Shown here: piece by piece, positions 48,154 to 57,931 of the stretch
How positions within the stretch are numbered: the stretch's first letter is position 1
Layout: each line of letters starts with the position of its first letter
Source of the DNA: an uncultured Actinomycetota bacterium
Lineage (GTDB): Bacteria; Actinomycetota; Actinomycetes; JAFAQI01
DNA length: 64,000 nt
Assembly (NCBI GenBank): GCA_963770565.1
Contig: CAVYQE010000011.1
Location: 768,001-832,000, forward strand
Direction of reading: 5' to 3'
Notes under the pieces: generated by a model
The model's database searches: none
Seen by the model: the letters and a program-made list of their open reading frames with translations, nothing else
What the model was told of the DNA's origin: nothing
Translations under genes and position numbers: made by a program

Positions 48154-49635
48154 ATGAGCGGGGTCCTGGTCGCGCTGCTGTTCGTCGGGTTCGCGGCTTC
48201 GCTGGTGTGCCTGGTGGCTCCGCCGATGGTGATGAAGGCCGTCACCATCGTCGCCGGAGTCAGCACGCTTGGCCTCACGGTCAGCCTGGTTCCGACCGTC
48301 GCGACGCACAACATCACGGCCGGAAAGTATCTGCGGGCCGACGCCCTGTCCGTCGTCTTCCTCCTTGCCACTGGCGTGCTTTACGCACTGGTGTCGGTCT
48401 ACACCGTGGGATACGTGAAGGGCGAGCACGGCGGCCACGAGGTGGACCGCTACCTGCGGCGGTTCTACATCGGAATCAACGTCTTCGGGGCGTCGATGCT
48501 CGCCGCGCCACTGGTCAACGGGCTCGCGTTGCTGTGGATCGCAATCGAGATCACCACGGTCGTGTCCGCGCTGCTGGTCGCGATCGACATCAGCGACACC
48601 GCCACCGAAGCCGCCTGGAAGTATCTGCTGATCGCCTCGGTCGGACTCGGCGTCGCGCTGCTCGCGACCATCGTGATGGACTACGCTGGCGCGCAGGTCT
48701 TCGGCTCCTCGTTCGATCTTTCGTTCGCTCCACTGATCCAGGCCGGACATCAGCTTCCGGCGACCCCGGTGCGGCTTGCCTTCGTGCTGTCAGTGGTCGG
48801 GTTCGGGACCAAGGTCGGCCTCGCGCCGATGCACACCTGGCTGCCCGATGCGCACGCCGAGGCACCGACGCCGGTGTCCGCGATGTTGTCCGGGGCACTG
48901 CTTACTACGAGCTTCTACGCGGTCTTGCGCTACTTCCAGATCGCCACCGGCTCGTTGGGGTCGGCGTTCCCGCGGCACGTACTGCTCGTCTTCGGGCTCA
49001 TGTCGTTGCTGGTCGCGGCGCTATATCTCCTTGACCAACAAGATATCAAGCGGTTGTTCGCGTACTCCTCCATCGAACACATGGGGGTGCTCGCGATCGG
49101 GATGAGTTTCGCGTCACCGCTCGCTCTGTTCGGTGTCCTGCTGCACGTCATCGCGCACGCCGCCGCGAAGGGCAATGCCTTCATGGGGGCCGGGGTGATG
49201 GTGCGCAAGTACCGCACCAAGCAGCTCACCTCGTTGCGCGGGGGATTGAGCCTGCTGCCGTGGACCGGCCCGCTGCTGCTGGCGTCGGTGCTCGCGCTGT
49301 CGGCAAGCCCACCCTTCGGGATCTTCCGGAGCGAGTTCGCGATCGTCGCTGGTGGGTTTGCCGGCGGCGGAAGCGCGGCGGCAGCGGTAATGGTCGCGCT
49401 GGTCACGGTGGCATTCGTGGGGCTGACTCTGGCCTCGACCCGGATCCTGTTCGCTGCGCCGCCGCGCCCGGGCCCCGGCACCGACAGCCCGATGTACCAC
49501 CCGGGTGAGCCCAGCGGGTGGATGGTGGCACCGATGGTGGGCGGGATCGTGATCCTGGTACTCCTTGGCGTGCACATCCCCGGCGACCTCGCGGAGTTGC
49601 TCCGGCGTGGCGCCGCCGAGCTCGGGGCAACGTGA
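48154..49635 (+). CDS. Antiporter-like proton-translocating subunit (HyfF-like)
   Basis: WIAIEITT, EAAWKY, GTKVGLAPMHTWLPDAHAEAPTPVSA, KRLFAYSSIEHMG. Confidence 0.9.
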   Translation: MSGVLVALLFVGFAASLVCLVAPPMVMKAVTIVAGVSTLGLTVSLVPTVATHNITAGKYLRADALSVVFLLATGVLYALVSVYTVGYVKGEHGGHEVDRYLRRFYIGINVFGASMLAAPLVNGLALLWIAIEITTVVSALLVAIDISDTATEAAWKYLLIASVGLGVALLATIVMDYAGAQVFGSSFDLSFAPLIQAGHQLPATPVRLAFVLSVVGFGTKVGLAPMHTWLPDAHAEAPTPVSAMLSGALLTTSFYAVLRYFQIATGSLGSAFPRHVLLVFGLMSLLVAALYLLDQQDIKRLFAYSSIEHMGVLAIGMSFASPLALFGVLLHVIAHAAAKGNAFMGAGVMVRKYRTKQLTSLRGGLSLLPWTGPLLLASVLALSASPPFGIFRSEFAIVAGGFAGGGSAAAAVMVALVTVAFVGLTLASTRILFAAPPRPGPGTDSPMYHPGEPSGWMVAPMVGGIVILVLLGVHIPGDLAELLRRGAAELGAT

Positions 49636-51143
49636 TGACCGCATCCCCGACGGTGACCGTGAAGTCCGGTGTCGACAGCTGGCGGCAGGAAGTTGCCCGC
49701 CGACATCGGGAAGGACAGCGCCTCGCTGCGTTGTTTGCGACCGCGAGCAAGGGCGGTGCGCTGCGATTGACCGCGGCGCTCGCCACAGCCTCGCGAATCG
49801 ATCTGGTTGATGCCGTGCTGCCGGGCGGGGCGACGAGCTATCCCGCTCTGACGCCGTTGGTACCGGCGGCGTTCTGGTACGAACGTGAGATCCATGACCT
49901 GTTCGGCATCCGGGCCGACGGCCATCCTCGACTCGACCCCCTGGTGCTGCCGCTGCACGATGGCGACCTGCGTCCCCGACCAGGCGCCACGGGGCAGCCC
50001 GCACAGCTCACTCCTGACGAGACGCCAGTGACCGGTCATCTTGCGGGCTCCGGTTTGTTCACCTTGCCGCACGGACCCGTGCGGTCCGGCGTGATGGAAT
50101 CCGTGGAGTACCTCGTCGAAACACCCGGCGAGGACATCCCGCACCTTCGAGTTCGGCCGTATGCGAAGCATCGCGGAATCGAGAAGCGATTCGAAGCCCT
50201 CGACCCAGCGACCGGTGTGCTGCTGGCCGAGCGCGTCGAGGGGATCGCGTCGGTGGCGCATGCGATCGCCTACTCATCCGCGCTCGAAAACCTCAGCGGC
50301 ATCGAGGTTCCCCCTGCGGCGGCGATGATTCGGGTGGTTCACGCTGAGCTGGAACGGATCGCGAACCACCTCGACGCCGCGATGCGGCTCTGCGACGCCG
50401 CGGCGCTCGGGGTCGCGACCGCCCGGTTTGGCTGGCACAAGGAACGCGCGATGCGGCTACGTAGTGCGACCTGTGGGAGCCGCTACGGTCGCGGTGTCGT
50501 CTCCCCGGGTGGGGTCCGCGCCCCGTTGGCGCTACCTGCTGCTGACCTCGCCGCGCAACTGCAGGTGTTGGAACGCGATATCAGTGGTGATGAACGAGCG
50601 GCGATGACCACCGCGTCGCTGCTGGATCGGTTCCGTGGGACCGGCCCGTTGCCGACCGAGCTGGCCAGGCGTCACGGTGCCCTCGGACCGATCGGGCGTG
50701 CTTCGGGTGCGGGCGAGGATGTCCGAGCTTCGCGGCCGTACGCCGGATACCGGACCTTGCAGGTCGATGCTGTCCCCGGACCCGCCGACGAGGATGTGCA
50801 GGCGCGGTTGCGGGTGCGCTGGGCCGAGCTGCACGAGTCCTTCCGGCTCCTGCGGCTCGCACTGGCCAGCCTGGTGGAGTTAGCAAAGCCGAACGGCAGC
50901 CCCGAGCTTCGGACCGACGTTTGGCTTCCCGACGGGCGTGGGATCGGGTGGGCCGAAGCCCCACAAGGCGAAGTGCTGTACGTGATCGACGTGGCCGGCG
51001 GGCAGCTCCAGCGAGTAAAACCACGGTCGGCGTCGTTTCATAACCTGCTGCTCTTCCATGCGGTCTTCGCCGGCGACATCTTCACCGACTTTCCGTTCAT
51101 CGAGGCAAGTTTCGGACTGTCGATCGCAGGGGTGGCGTTGTAG
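49635..51143 (+). CDS. Ehr large subunit (NuoC/D, HyfG-like) without NiFe ligands
   Basis: WYEREIHDLFGI, GPVR, HRGIEK, AERVEGIASVAH (no CxxC), EAPQGE, DFPFIEASF (no DPCxxC). Confidence 0.9.
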   Translation: MTASPTVTVKSGVDSWRQEVARRHREGQRLAALFATASKGGALRLTAALATASRIDLVDAVLPGGATSYPALTPLVPAAFWYEREIHDLFGIRADGHPRLDPLVLPLHDGDLRPRPGATGQPAQLTPDETPVTGHLAGSGLFTLPHGPVRSGVMESVEYLVETPGEDIPHLRVRPYAKHRGIEKRFEALDPATGVLLAERVEGIASVAHAIAYSSALENLSGIEVPPAAAMIRVVHAELERIANHLDAAMRLCDAAALGVATARFGWHKERAMRLRSATCGSRYGRGVVSPGGVRAPLALPAADLAAQLQVLERDISGDERAAMTTASLLDRFRGTGPLPTELARRHGALGPIGRASGAGEDVRASRPYAGYRTLQVDAVPGPADEDVQARLRVRWAELHESFRLLRLALASLVELAKPNGSPELRTDVWLPDGRGIGWAEAPQGEVLYVIDVAGGQLQRVKPRSASFHNLLLFHAVFAGDIFTDFPFIEASFGLSIAGVAL

Positions 51144-51941
51144 ATGCCCTGGGTCTTTCGCGGTCTTCGCAACGGCGTCGTGACCACCGGGTATCCGGCA
51201 CGTTCTGATGACTACGCCGATGAGTTTGCTGGTGCCGTGCAGGTGTGGCAGTCCGAGGCAGATCCCGGGCCGGACGTCACGGGGGTCTGCCCGACTGATG
51301 CCATTGGCTACCAGGGGGAGTTGGTCTCGGTGGATCGCGGCCGCTGCATCCTGTGCGGTGTCTGTGTTCATGCCTACCCCGACATCTTCTTTTACGGCCG
51401 GGGCAGCCACCTTGCCCGACTGGACCGGCGTGCTCTGGTCGTACCGGAAGGTCTCGTCGGCGATGGCGGTGAGGTTGCGGCGGTGCGAACGGAGTTGGCG
51501 CGACGCGTTCGTGCGCTACGTCGCTCGGTGCACATTCGCCATATCGATGTCGGTTCCGACGGGTCAGAGGAATGGGAGATCCAGGCACTAACCAACCCGA
51601 CGTATGACGTTCACCGGCTCGGGATTTTCTTCACCGCCAGCCCTCGCCATGCCGACATCCTGATGATCACTGGCGCTGGCGCGCGCGGCATGATCGAGCC
51701 GCTGCGGCGCACCCAGGAGGCGATGCCCAGCCCGGTCGTCATCATCGCGGTCGGCACCGATGTGATCAGCGGTGGCCTGATCTCCCCGACCTATGCGACC
51801 ACCGGCGGCCTGACCGACGAGATCGAGGTCGACGTCTATGTCCCCGGATCGCCCCCGCCACCGTTTGCGATCCTGCACGGCATCCTGCTCGCGCTCGGCC
51901 GGCTCCCGGCAGGGCGCGAAGTCCCCGGGGCGGCGTCGTGA
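51144..51941 (+). CDS. Ferredoxin fused to NuoB/HyfI-like small subunit
   Basis: CPTDAI and CILCGVC; YDVHRLGIFFTASPRHADIL; Cys sites replaced (GSDGSEE, GTD, PGSPP). Confidence 0.88.
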   Translation: MPWVFRGLRNGVVTTGYPARSDDYADEFAGAVQVWQSEADPGPDVTGVCPTDAIGYQGELVSVDRGRCILCGVCVHAYPDIFFYGRGSHLARLDRRALVVPEGLVGDGGEVAAVRTELARRVRALRRSVHIRHIDVGSDGSEEWEIQALTNPTYDVHRLGIFFTASPRHADILMITGAGARGMIEPLRRTQEAMPSPVVIIAVGTDVISGGLISPTYATTGGLTDEIEVDVYVPGSPPPPFAILHGILLALGRLPAGREVPGAAS

Positions 51942-54088
51942 CGACCGCGGGACTGATCCTCGCCGCCTTGTGCACCCTCGGTGGTGCCGGCGTCCTTGAC
52001 GTGATTGTGGGGCCAACGCGACCGTCTGTCCGGATGGTGCCGTATCTCGCGATCGGCGCTGCGTCGGTGCTGCTCGCGATCGCCGGCTTCCGCGCGGGCC
52101 TTGGCCATGGCGGCAGGCTCAACCTCGGGACCTTCCTCGGCTTCGGGCACAGCGCCTTGCAGGCCGACCCGCTCGCCGGGTTGTTCCTCGCACTCACCGG
52201 GCTCGTTGCCACCCCGATATCGCTGGCATTCGTGGCCTGGTCCCGCGACAGCGACGACGTTCCCTACCGCGGGCTCGCGGCGGCGGTCGCTCTCACGGTG
52301 GCTGCGGTCAGTGTGATCGTGCTGGCCGACAACGCGTTCGTGTTCCTGTTCGCCTGGGAGGGCCTGTCGGTCGCGTTCTTCCTGCTGGCCGGCTACAGGA
52401 GAGAGCGACCAGGGCAGGTCGTCACGAGTATGTTGACGCTCGGGTTCTCCAAGGCATCCGGCGCGCTGCTCCTGCTTGCCTTCGGGCTTCTCTACGGCGC
52501 TACGGGCAGTTTCAACTTCGCGGCGTGGTCACACGTCGGGGGCGTGGCGCACGGCGCTGTCTATGCGCTTGCGATCGCCGGGTTCGCCATCAAGGTCGGG
52601 CTGGTTCCGGTGCAGGTGTGGATGCCCATCGGATACGGAGCCGCACCCGGACCTGCGCGGGCGCTGATGTCCGCGGTGGCCGCTAATGTCGGCTTTTACG
52701 GCATGTGGCGTGTTCTGGGTGTCCTCGGCACGCCGCCCGAGTGGCTTGCCATCACGGTGGTCATCCTCGCGGGACTCACCGCGCTGCTCGGCATTGCCCA
52801 TGCCGCGGTGCAGGGTGACCTGCAACGGCTGATCGCCTACTCCAGCGTCGAGAACGGCGGGTTGATCACCGCCGGCTTCGGGATCGCGCTCGTCGGCGCG
52901 GCAGGCCGGCTGCCCGCCCTGGTCGCGCTCGGGCTGCTGACCAGCAGCCTGCAGATGGTCGCGCACTCCTTCGCCAAAAGCAGCCTCTTCCTGTCATCCG
53001 CCGTCATCGAGCAACACAGCGGCACCCGCGAGCTCGACAAGCTGCGCGGCGTCGGGCTCGACGCGCCGCTAGCGGGCGCCACGTTCTCGATCGGTGCACT
53101 GACTCTCGCCGGACTTCCTCTAACCCTTGGGTTCGTCTCCGAGTGGTACCTGCTCGAGTCTGTTATGCAGCTGTTTCGGCTCTCCTCACTCACCCTCGCG
53201 ATGTCCCTCGCGATCGCGGGCGCGCTCATCGCGCTCGCGGTCGGCTTCGCCGGATTCACCTTCGTCCGGCTCGTCGCGTTGACCATCCTGGGTGGTACCG
53301 GTCGACGCGCCGCCTCGTCGCGTCCTCACCACTTCCTAGGGTTGTTAGGCGGCCTTGGCCTTACCCTGCCGGCGTTCGCTTGCGTCGGGCTAGCCGCCGT
53401 CAGCCCTTGGGAGATTCGGTTCCTTGCCCATGGCCTGTCTGCGCTCGTCCCACGCTCTACGACCGACGGAGCTCTTCAGGCGCCGTGGGTCCTGCAGCCG
53501 ATTTACGGCGGCTTTTCTGCGCTGTCGCCATCCTGGCTCGCGGTGGAGATGCCACTGCTGGGGGTGGTTGTCCTGTGCTTCGTGACCATCGTGACTCGCG
53601 GTTCGTTCCTCGCTGTCCGCCGGGTTCCGCCGTGGCGGTCCGCCTCCGCAGGCGTGGACGGTGATGCGCGCTACACGTCGTTCGCGTTCGCGAATGTCAC
53701 GCGACATGTCCTGGCCAACCTGCTGATGACTCGAAGTGGGCTGTCCCATCTTGAGGGGCACTCCGACGCGACATCAGTCGGCGAGTTCGCCGGGCCTGAC
53801 GTGCCGATCGGAGAAGAACCCGGTGACGGACAGACCGCCGCACCGTCGCGTGTCCTTGTCGCGACCAGCGGTCCCGTCGCGTTCGAAGACGCGGACAGGG
53901 CGGGTGCTTCCTACACGACCGACGTCGTCGAGGTCGTGGAGACGTTCCTCTACCGACCGCTGCTTACTCCGCTGCGACGCGCCGTCGGCGCCGCGAAGCG
54001 GCTTCAGTCCGGACGTCTTGATGCCTATATTAGCTATATCCTGATTACGCTGATTGCGCTCCTCGCAGTCGTGGTTGCGCTGTCATGA
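51938..54088 (+). CDS. Antiporter-like subunit (HyfB-like)
   Basis: FLFAWE, KVGLVPVQVWMP, RLIAYSSVENGG, HSFAKSSLF, GFVSEW, LQSGRLDAY. Confidence 0.9.
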   Translation: MTTAGLILAALCTLGGAGVLDVIVGPTRPSVRMVPYLAIGAASVLLAIAGFRAGLGHGGRLNLGTFLGFGHSALQADPLAGLFLALTGLVATPISLAFVAWSRDSDDVPYRGLAAAVALTVAAVSVIVLADNAFVFLFAWEGLSVAFFLLAGYRRERPGQVVTSMLTLGFSKASGALLLLAFGLLYGATGSFNFAAWSHVGGVAHGAVYALAIAGFAIKVGLVPVQVWMPIGYGAAPGPARALMSAVAANVGFYGMWRVLGVLGTPPEWLAITVVILAGLTALLGIAHAAVQGDLQRLIAYSSVENGGLITAGFGIALVGAAGRLPALVALGLLTSSLQMVAHSFAKSSLFLSSAVIEQHSGTRELDKLRGVGLDAPLAGATFSIGALTLAGLPLTLGFVSEWYLLESVMQLFRLSSLTLAMSLAIAGALIALAVGFAGFTFVRLVALTILGGTGRRAASSRPHHFLGLLGGLGLTLPAFACVGLAAVSPWEIRFLAHGLSALVPRSTTDGALQAPWVLQPIYGGFSALSPSWLAVEMPLLGVVVLCFVTIVTRGSFLAVRRVPPWRSASAGVDGDARYTSFAFANVTRHVLANLLMTRSGLSHLEGHSDATSVGEFAGPDVPIGEEPGDGQTAAPSRVLVATSGPVAFEDADRAGASYTTDVVEVVETFLYRPLLTPLRRAVGAAKRLQSGRLDAYISYILITLIALLAVVVALS

Positions 54089-54450
54089 GTCGCCAGCACC
54101 ATGAGCCGAGCCATCGAATCGAACGCCAGGCAGTGCAACTTACCCTTTACCTAGCCGAGCCACACGTCGGTGACCGACGGTCCGAGGTCGATGAACTCCT
54201 CCGCGCCGCGGTCCGAGCTGGAATGTCGGGGGGAACCGTCTTCGCCGCATATCAGGGCTTTGGTCGACGCCATGAGCACGAGCCAACGATGTGGCATCGG
54301 CCCGATGAAACACCACTGACCGTCATCTTCGTCGACCAGCCGCAACGAATCGAGGGGTTTCTTACGGTCGTCGACGAGATCCTGCCCGATGCGGTTGCGG
54401 TTACTGAGCAGGTGCGGTCCATCCGCTACATCCGGCCCCATCAGCACTAA
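54085..54450 (+). CDS. DUF190 (PII-like) protein
   Basis: LTLYLAE, AGMSGGTVF..GFG, PLTVIFVD..I..FL; ATGA overlap with the upstream gene. Confidence 0.85.
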   Translation: MSRQHHEPSHRIERQAVQLTLYLAEPHVGDRRSEVDELLRAAVRAGMSGGTVFAAYQGFGRRHEHEPTMWHRPDETPLTVIFVDQPQRIEGFLTVVDEILPDAVAVTEQVRSIRYIRPHQH

Positions 54451-54606
54451 TCGATCGAGCAGATCCGGCAACTTATTGGCCGACGCCCGCCTGCGATCCG
54501 GCCAGGCGTTACGCGACGTGACTGGGTTACTGCGCCTCTATTAACTAGGTCGCCCGGTTGGTCCAGCGAGTAGCAAGACTCAAGGCGAAGCGGCGATGCC
54601 TCATCG

Positions 54607-55083
54607 TCATTGCTTGGGTGGGGCCGGCACTACCAGCACAGGCTTCCGTTGCTTGCGCGTCAACGCTTGCGGAACCGAACCATGCAAGAGCCGCTGCGCA
54701 AGCCCCCGGCCGCTCGCTCCAACCACGATCATCAAGACGTCATGCTCATGGGCGACTTGAGCAAGCGCGTGGGCAGGTTCATCTCGCGCAGTTTCATATG
54801 TCCACTCCACAGTTGCCCCCGCAAGCAGCCTTTCTGCGTGCTGTCGCTCCTCCTCCACCGTCCGCTCAGCGGCCACCTCGTAGTCGGCGGCATCAGGATC
54901 GATCGGATAGTCCTGAAGGTCGATTACGTGCAACACCACCAGACTCGCCCCAAGAGCACGGGCGAGATCGGCGGCGACGATCACCGCACGGTGGCTTGCC
55001 GGATGTTGGTCATATCCCACCAGCAGGCGGTTCGAACCACCGAGATGCTCGAACTCAACTCTGGTATCTAGCCGAGTATCCAC
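54607..55083 (-). CDS. Universal stress protein
   Basis: LLVGYD..S..A, LVVLHV, MIVVGASG..LLHGSV..PVLVVP. Confidence 0.9.
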   Translation of the reverse strand: MDTRLDTRVEFEHLGGSNRLLVGYDQHPASHRAVIVAADLARALGASLVVLHVIDLQDYPIDPDAADYEVAAERTVEEERQHAERLLAGATVEWTYETARDEPAHALAQVAHEHDVLMIVVGASGRGLAQRLLHGSVPQALTRKQRKPVLVVPAPPKQ

Positions 55084-55112
55084 CTGACGGATCTCCCTCC
55101 AGCGCGTTAACC

Positions 55113-55179
55113 GGAAGGAGCCATCATCCCGACGGGCGGTTCAGATCCATTCAGAGGGATCTTGGCGGGGTCCATCGCC
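55113..55179 (-). ncRNA. Fluoride riboswitch 2 (variant), upstream of usp
   Basis: Minus strand GGCGATGGACCCCGCC, hairpin AGATCC/GGATCT, GAACCGCC..GATGATGGCTCCT; one pseudoknot mismatch. Confidence 0.7.
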
Positions 55180-55805
55180 GATGAGAGAGTACCTCGAAAC
55201 TCGCCAACGGACCTCGCCAATCTGCATGGCCCGATCCCTCCCTTCTTCGGTCGGAGGGCAGCGCTATCGGAGGCTCTTGGCACATCGGGATTGGGTCCGA
55301 GGTAGCTAAGGCGTTGGACGATGATGTCTGCCGTTCAACATGCCGCCTCGTGCACCCACGAGCGACCCTCATAGGTTGTTGACGTTTCCGAAATCGATAG
55401 GGCATCCTCGGGAACGCTGGCACCCTTCCCGATACAGAACTGTGGGAGGTTCGGTAATTGGCGCACGCACTCGGAGCAGCGGCGGCACTCCTGACCTGTG
55501 CTGCATTGTTGGTTAGCGTCCACCCGGTTGCCCATGCTCCCAACGGCAAGCTCCCCGCGTTGCATCGCGTCCTTGGCGCTTCCTACCGATCGGTGGTTCC
55601 CCTCGAAGCCCACCGCCTTTACGTCGTCATCACCCTGGCGTCAGCAGGGTCCGTTCTCGGGCTATTTGGCGCTGTCGTGTTGGCGAGATCACTCGTGGCA
55701 CTGTGACGAAGGCACCGGACCCGTCGAGCGGAGCAAGTGAGCAGTTGCTTTCGGTATCGTGTGTGCCACACGCTGCTCTGTGGCTGCTCGCGGTAAGGTC
55801 ATCTC

Positions 55806-55869
55806 GGCGATGGAACCCGCCAGGTCGGCCCACAGCCGGCCGAAGCGCCACCTCGGCTGACGGCTCCTG
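55806..55869 (+). ncRNA. Fluoride riboswitch 3 (variant)
   Basis: GGCGATGGAACCCGCC, hairpin GGTCGGC/GCCGGCC, AAGCGCC..GGCTGACGGCTCCTG; one pseudoknot mismatch. Confidence 0.75.
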
Positions 55870-55943
55870 GTTAAATCGCGGCGCTCAGAACGCCGCCTTG
55901 GAGCGGGGGCGAGATAGTGCAACGCTTGCGCTTTGCAAGAAGC

Positions 55944-56165
55944 ATGACGCGTTACAGTGCGGGGCCAACCGCGACCCAACAGATCTTGGAGATCTTCACG
56001 GCGACCGAGCCAGTCCTTGCCAATGTGACGCCTGGCGTGGAATACAAGGCGATCGGCTCGGTGCTGGCGTTCACGATCCGGTGGGTGGCAGTCGCTGAGG
56101 GCCGCGACCCGCGGGAGGTGCTCGACGGGATCGCTCGCAAGTTTGGTCTGACGACAACCGACTAA
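55944..56165 (+). CDS. Small hypothetical protein (73 aa) downstream of riboswitch 3
   Basis: ATG at 55944; amphipathic helices ending AEGRDPREVLDGIARKFG. Confidence 0.45.
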   Translation: MTRYSAGPTATQQILEIFTATEPVLANVTPGVEYKAIGSVLAFTIRWVAVAEGRDPREVLDGIARKFGLTTTD

Positions 56166-56320
56166 CTCGATCGGCGTCTGGTGCGCAGGCGGGGCCCGTA
56201 GGCGTCCGTCGAGGCGCCTAACCCGGAGGATCGACATCGTCGTCCGACGGCGAGGTCAGCCAGGCGGAGTACAGCGAACGCACAGAACTGGCTCGGTGAT
56301 GCTGCCACTCGTCAAACGAA

Positions 56321-57628
56321 TCAGCTGGCCAGCCCATAGGGAAGGTGTTCGTTGGCCTCGATCTCGATAAGCCGGTTGTACTTCGCGACCCGCTCACCAC
56401 GCGCGGGCGCCCCGGTCTTCATATGACCACAGCTGCTGCCGACGGCCAGATCGGCAATGAAGGTGTCCTCGGTCTCACCTGATCGGTGAGAGACGAACTG
56501 CGCCCAACCGGCGCCGCGGCAAGTCGACATCGCCTCGAGTGTCTCGGTCACTGTGCCGATCTGATTGACCTTGATCAAGGACGCATTGCCTACCTTGCGG
56601 GCGATCGCTTTCCGAATGATCACCGGGTTCGTGCACAGGATGTCATCGCCGACGAGTTCCACCCGGTCCCCGATCCGAGTGGTCAGCCGCTCCCAGCCCT
56701 CCCAGTCGGACTCGGCCAGACCGTCCTCCAACAGCCAAACGGGGTAGCGGTCGATGATCTCGACGTATCGCTCGATCATTTCATCGCTGGATAACGCCTC
56801 ACCGGCGACGTGGTATGCGCCGTCGCGATAGAACTCGCTCGACGCTGGGTCCATCGCGAGCGCGATGCTGTCGCTTCCGGGACGGTAGCCGGCTGCCTCG
56901 ATAGCCGAGACCAGAAGGGTCAGGACATCCTCGGGCGCGGTGATCTCCGGAGCGAAGCCGCCCTCATCGCCCAAACCCGTCGCGTAGCCCTTATCCATGA
57001 GGCTGCGGCGCAGCGCGCCATAGATCTCCGCACCGGCCCGCACGGCCTCTGCAACCGTAGGCGCGCCCAACGGAGCGAGCATGAACTCCTGGAAGTCGAG
57101 ATCGTTGGAGGCATGCACTCCGCCGTTGATCACATTGAAGTGCGGCACCGGGATCCGCGGTACCACTCCGGGCGGCGCCAGCGATCGCCATAGCGGTTCA
57201 CCGGAGACCATCGCTGCCGCTCGAGCGACCGCCATCGAAACGCCGACGATCGCGTTGGCACCCAACCTGGACTTGTCCGGCGTACCGTCCAGCGCGATCA
57301 GCGACCCGTCCAGCTCAGCCAGGTCGATGAACTGCCGCCCGCGGACCATGTCGGTGATCTCGCCGTTCACATGGGCCACGGCGTTCAGCACGCCCTGCCC
57401 GTTGTAGCGCGCGGGATCGCCATCGCGTAGTTCCTTGGCCTCGCGCGACCCCGTCGATGCTCCCGAAGGAACCCCGGCTCGCGCGCAAACACCGCCATTC
57501 AGCTCGACGGTGACAGCGAGCGTCGGACGCGAGCGCGAGTCGAGGATCTCGATCGCCGAAAGCGCATCAATGATCAGCAAAGCACCCACCTCCACAGGGT
57601 CGAAGCCCGAAGGGCCAGTCTCGGTCAC
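56321..57628 (-). CDS. eno: Enolase (probably an accessory paralogue)
   Basis: EILDSR, VPSGASTG, GDEGG, LIKVNQIGT, SHRSGET, ERVAKYN. Confidence 0.95.
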   Translation of the reverse strand: MTETGPSGFDPVEVGALLIIDALSAIEILDSRSRPTLAVTVELNGGVCARAGVPSGASTGSREAKELRDGDPARYNGQGVLNAVAHVNGEITDMVRGRQFIDLAELDGSLIALDGTPDKSRLGANAIVGVSMAVARAAAMVSGEPLWRSLAPPGVVPRIPVPHFNVINGGVHASNDLDFQEFMLAPLGAPTVAEAVRAGAEIYGALRRSLMDKGYATGLGDEGGFAPEITAPEDVLTLLVSAIEAAGYRPGSDSIALAMDPASSEFYRDGAYHVAGEALSSDEMIERYVEIIDRYPVWLLEDGLAESDWEGWERLTTRIGDRVELVGDDILCTNPVIIRKAIARKVGNASLIKVNQIGTVTETLEAMSTCRGAGWAQFVSHRSGETEDTFIADLAVGSSCGHMKTGAPARGERVAKYNRLIEIEANEHLPYGLAS

Positions 57629-57931
57629 CGGGCCTCGGCAAGCGAAGCGGCCGTTGGTTCCAGACTGGTCACCGAGGACCCGGACAACCAGAGTCGAAGG
57701 TCATCAGTGTCGACCGCCGCTCGCTCCGGTACGCCGGCGAACATGGTCGTCCGAGACAGCAACGCTCGGTCGATCTCTGCGGACGGGGTAAGCCGATTCG
57801 AAGCCACCACGTCACGTCTGGCGCATGGCTGCGGCCGTTCTTGGTACCAAATACTGGCGACCGCCGTCGAGGCCACGCGGAACCGCGGACGGTGGCGATC
57901 TCTAGCACTTCGCGCAATATGCCCTATCGGT

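Noticed and set aside
49635-51941. Functional NiFe hydrogenase / formate hydrogenlyase
   Set aside because: Both Ni-binding CxxC motifs are absent, and there are no hyp maturation or fdh genes.
55458-55706. CrcB/Fluc remnant
   Set aside because: Hydrophobic and well placed, but no GGxTTFS or other Fluc motif is visible.
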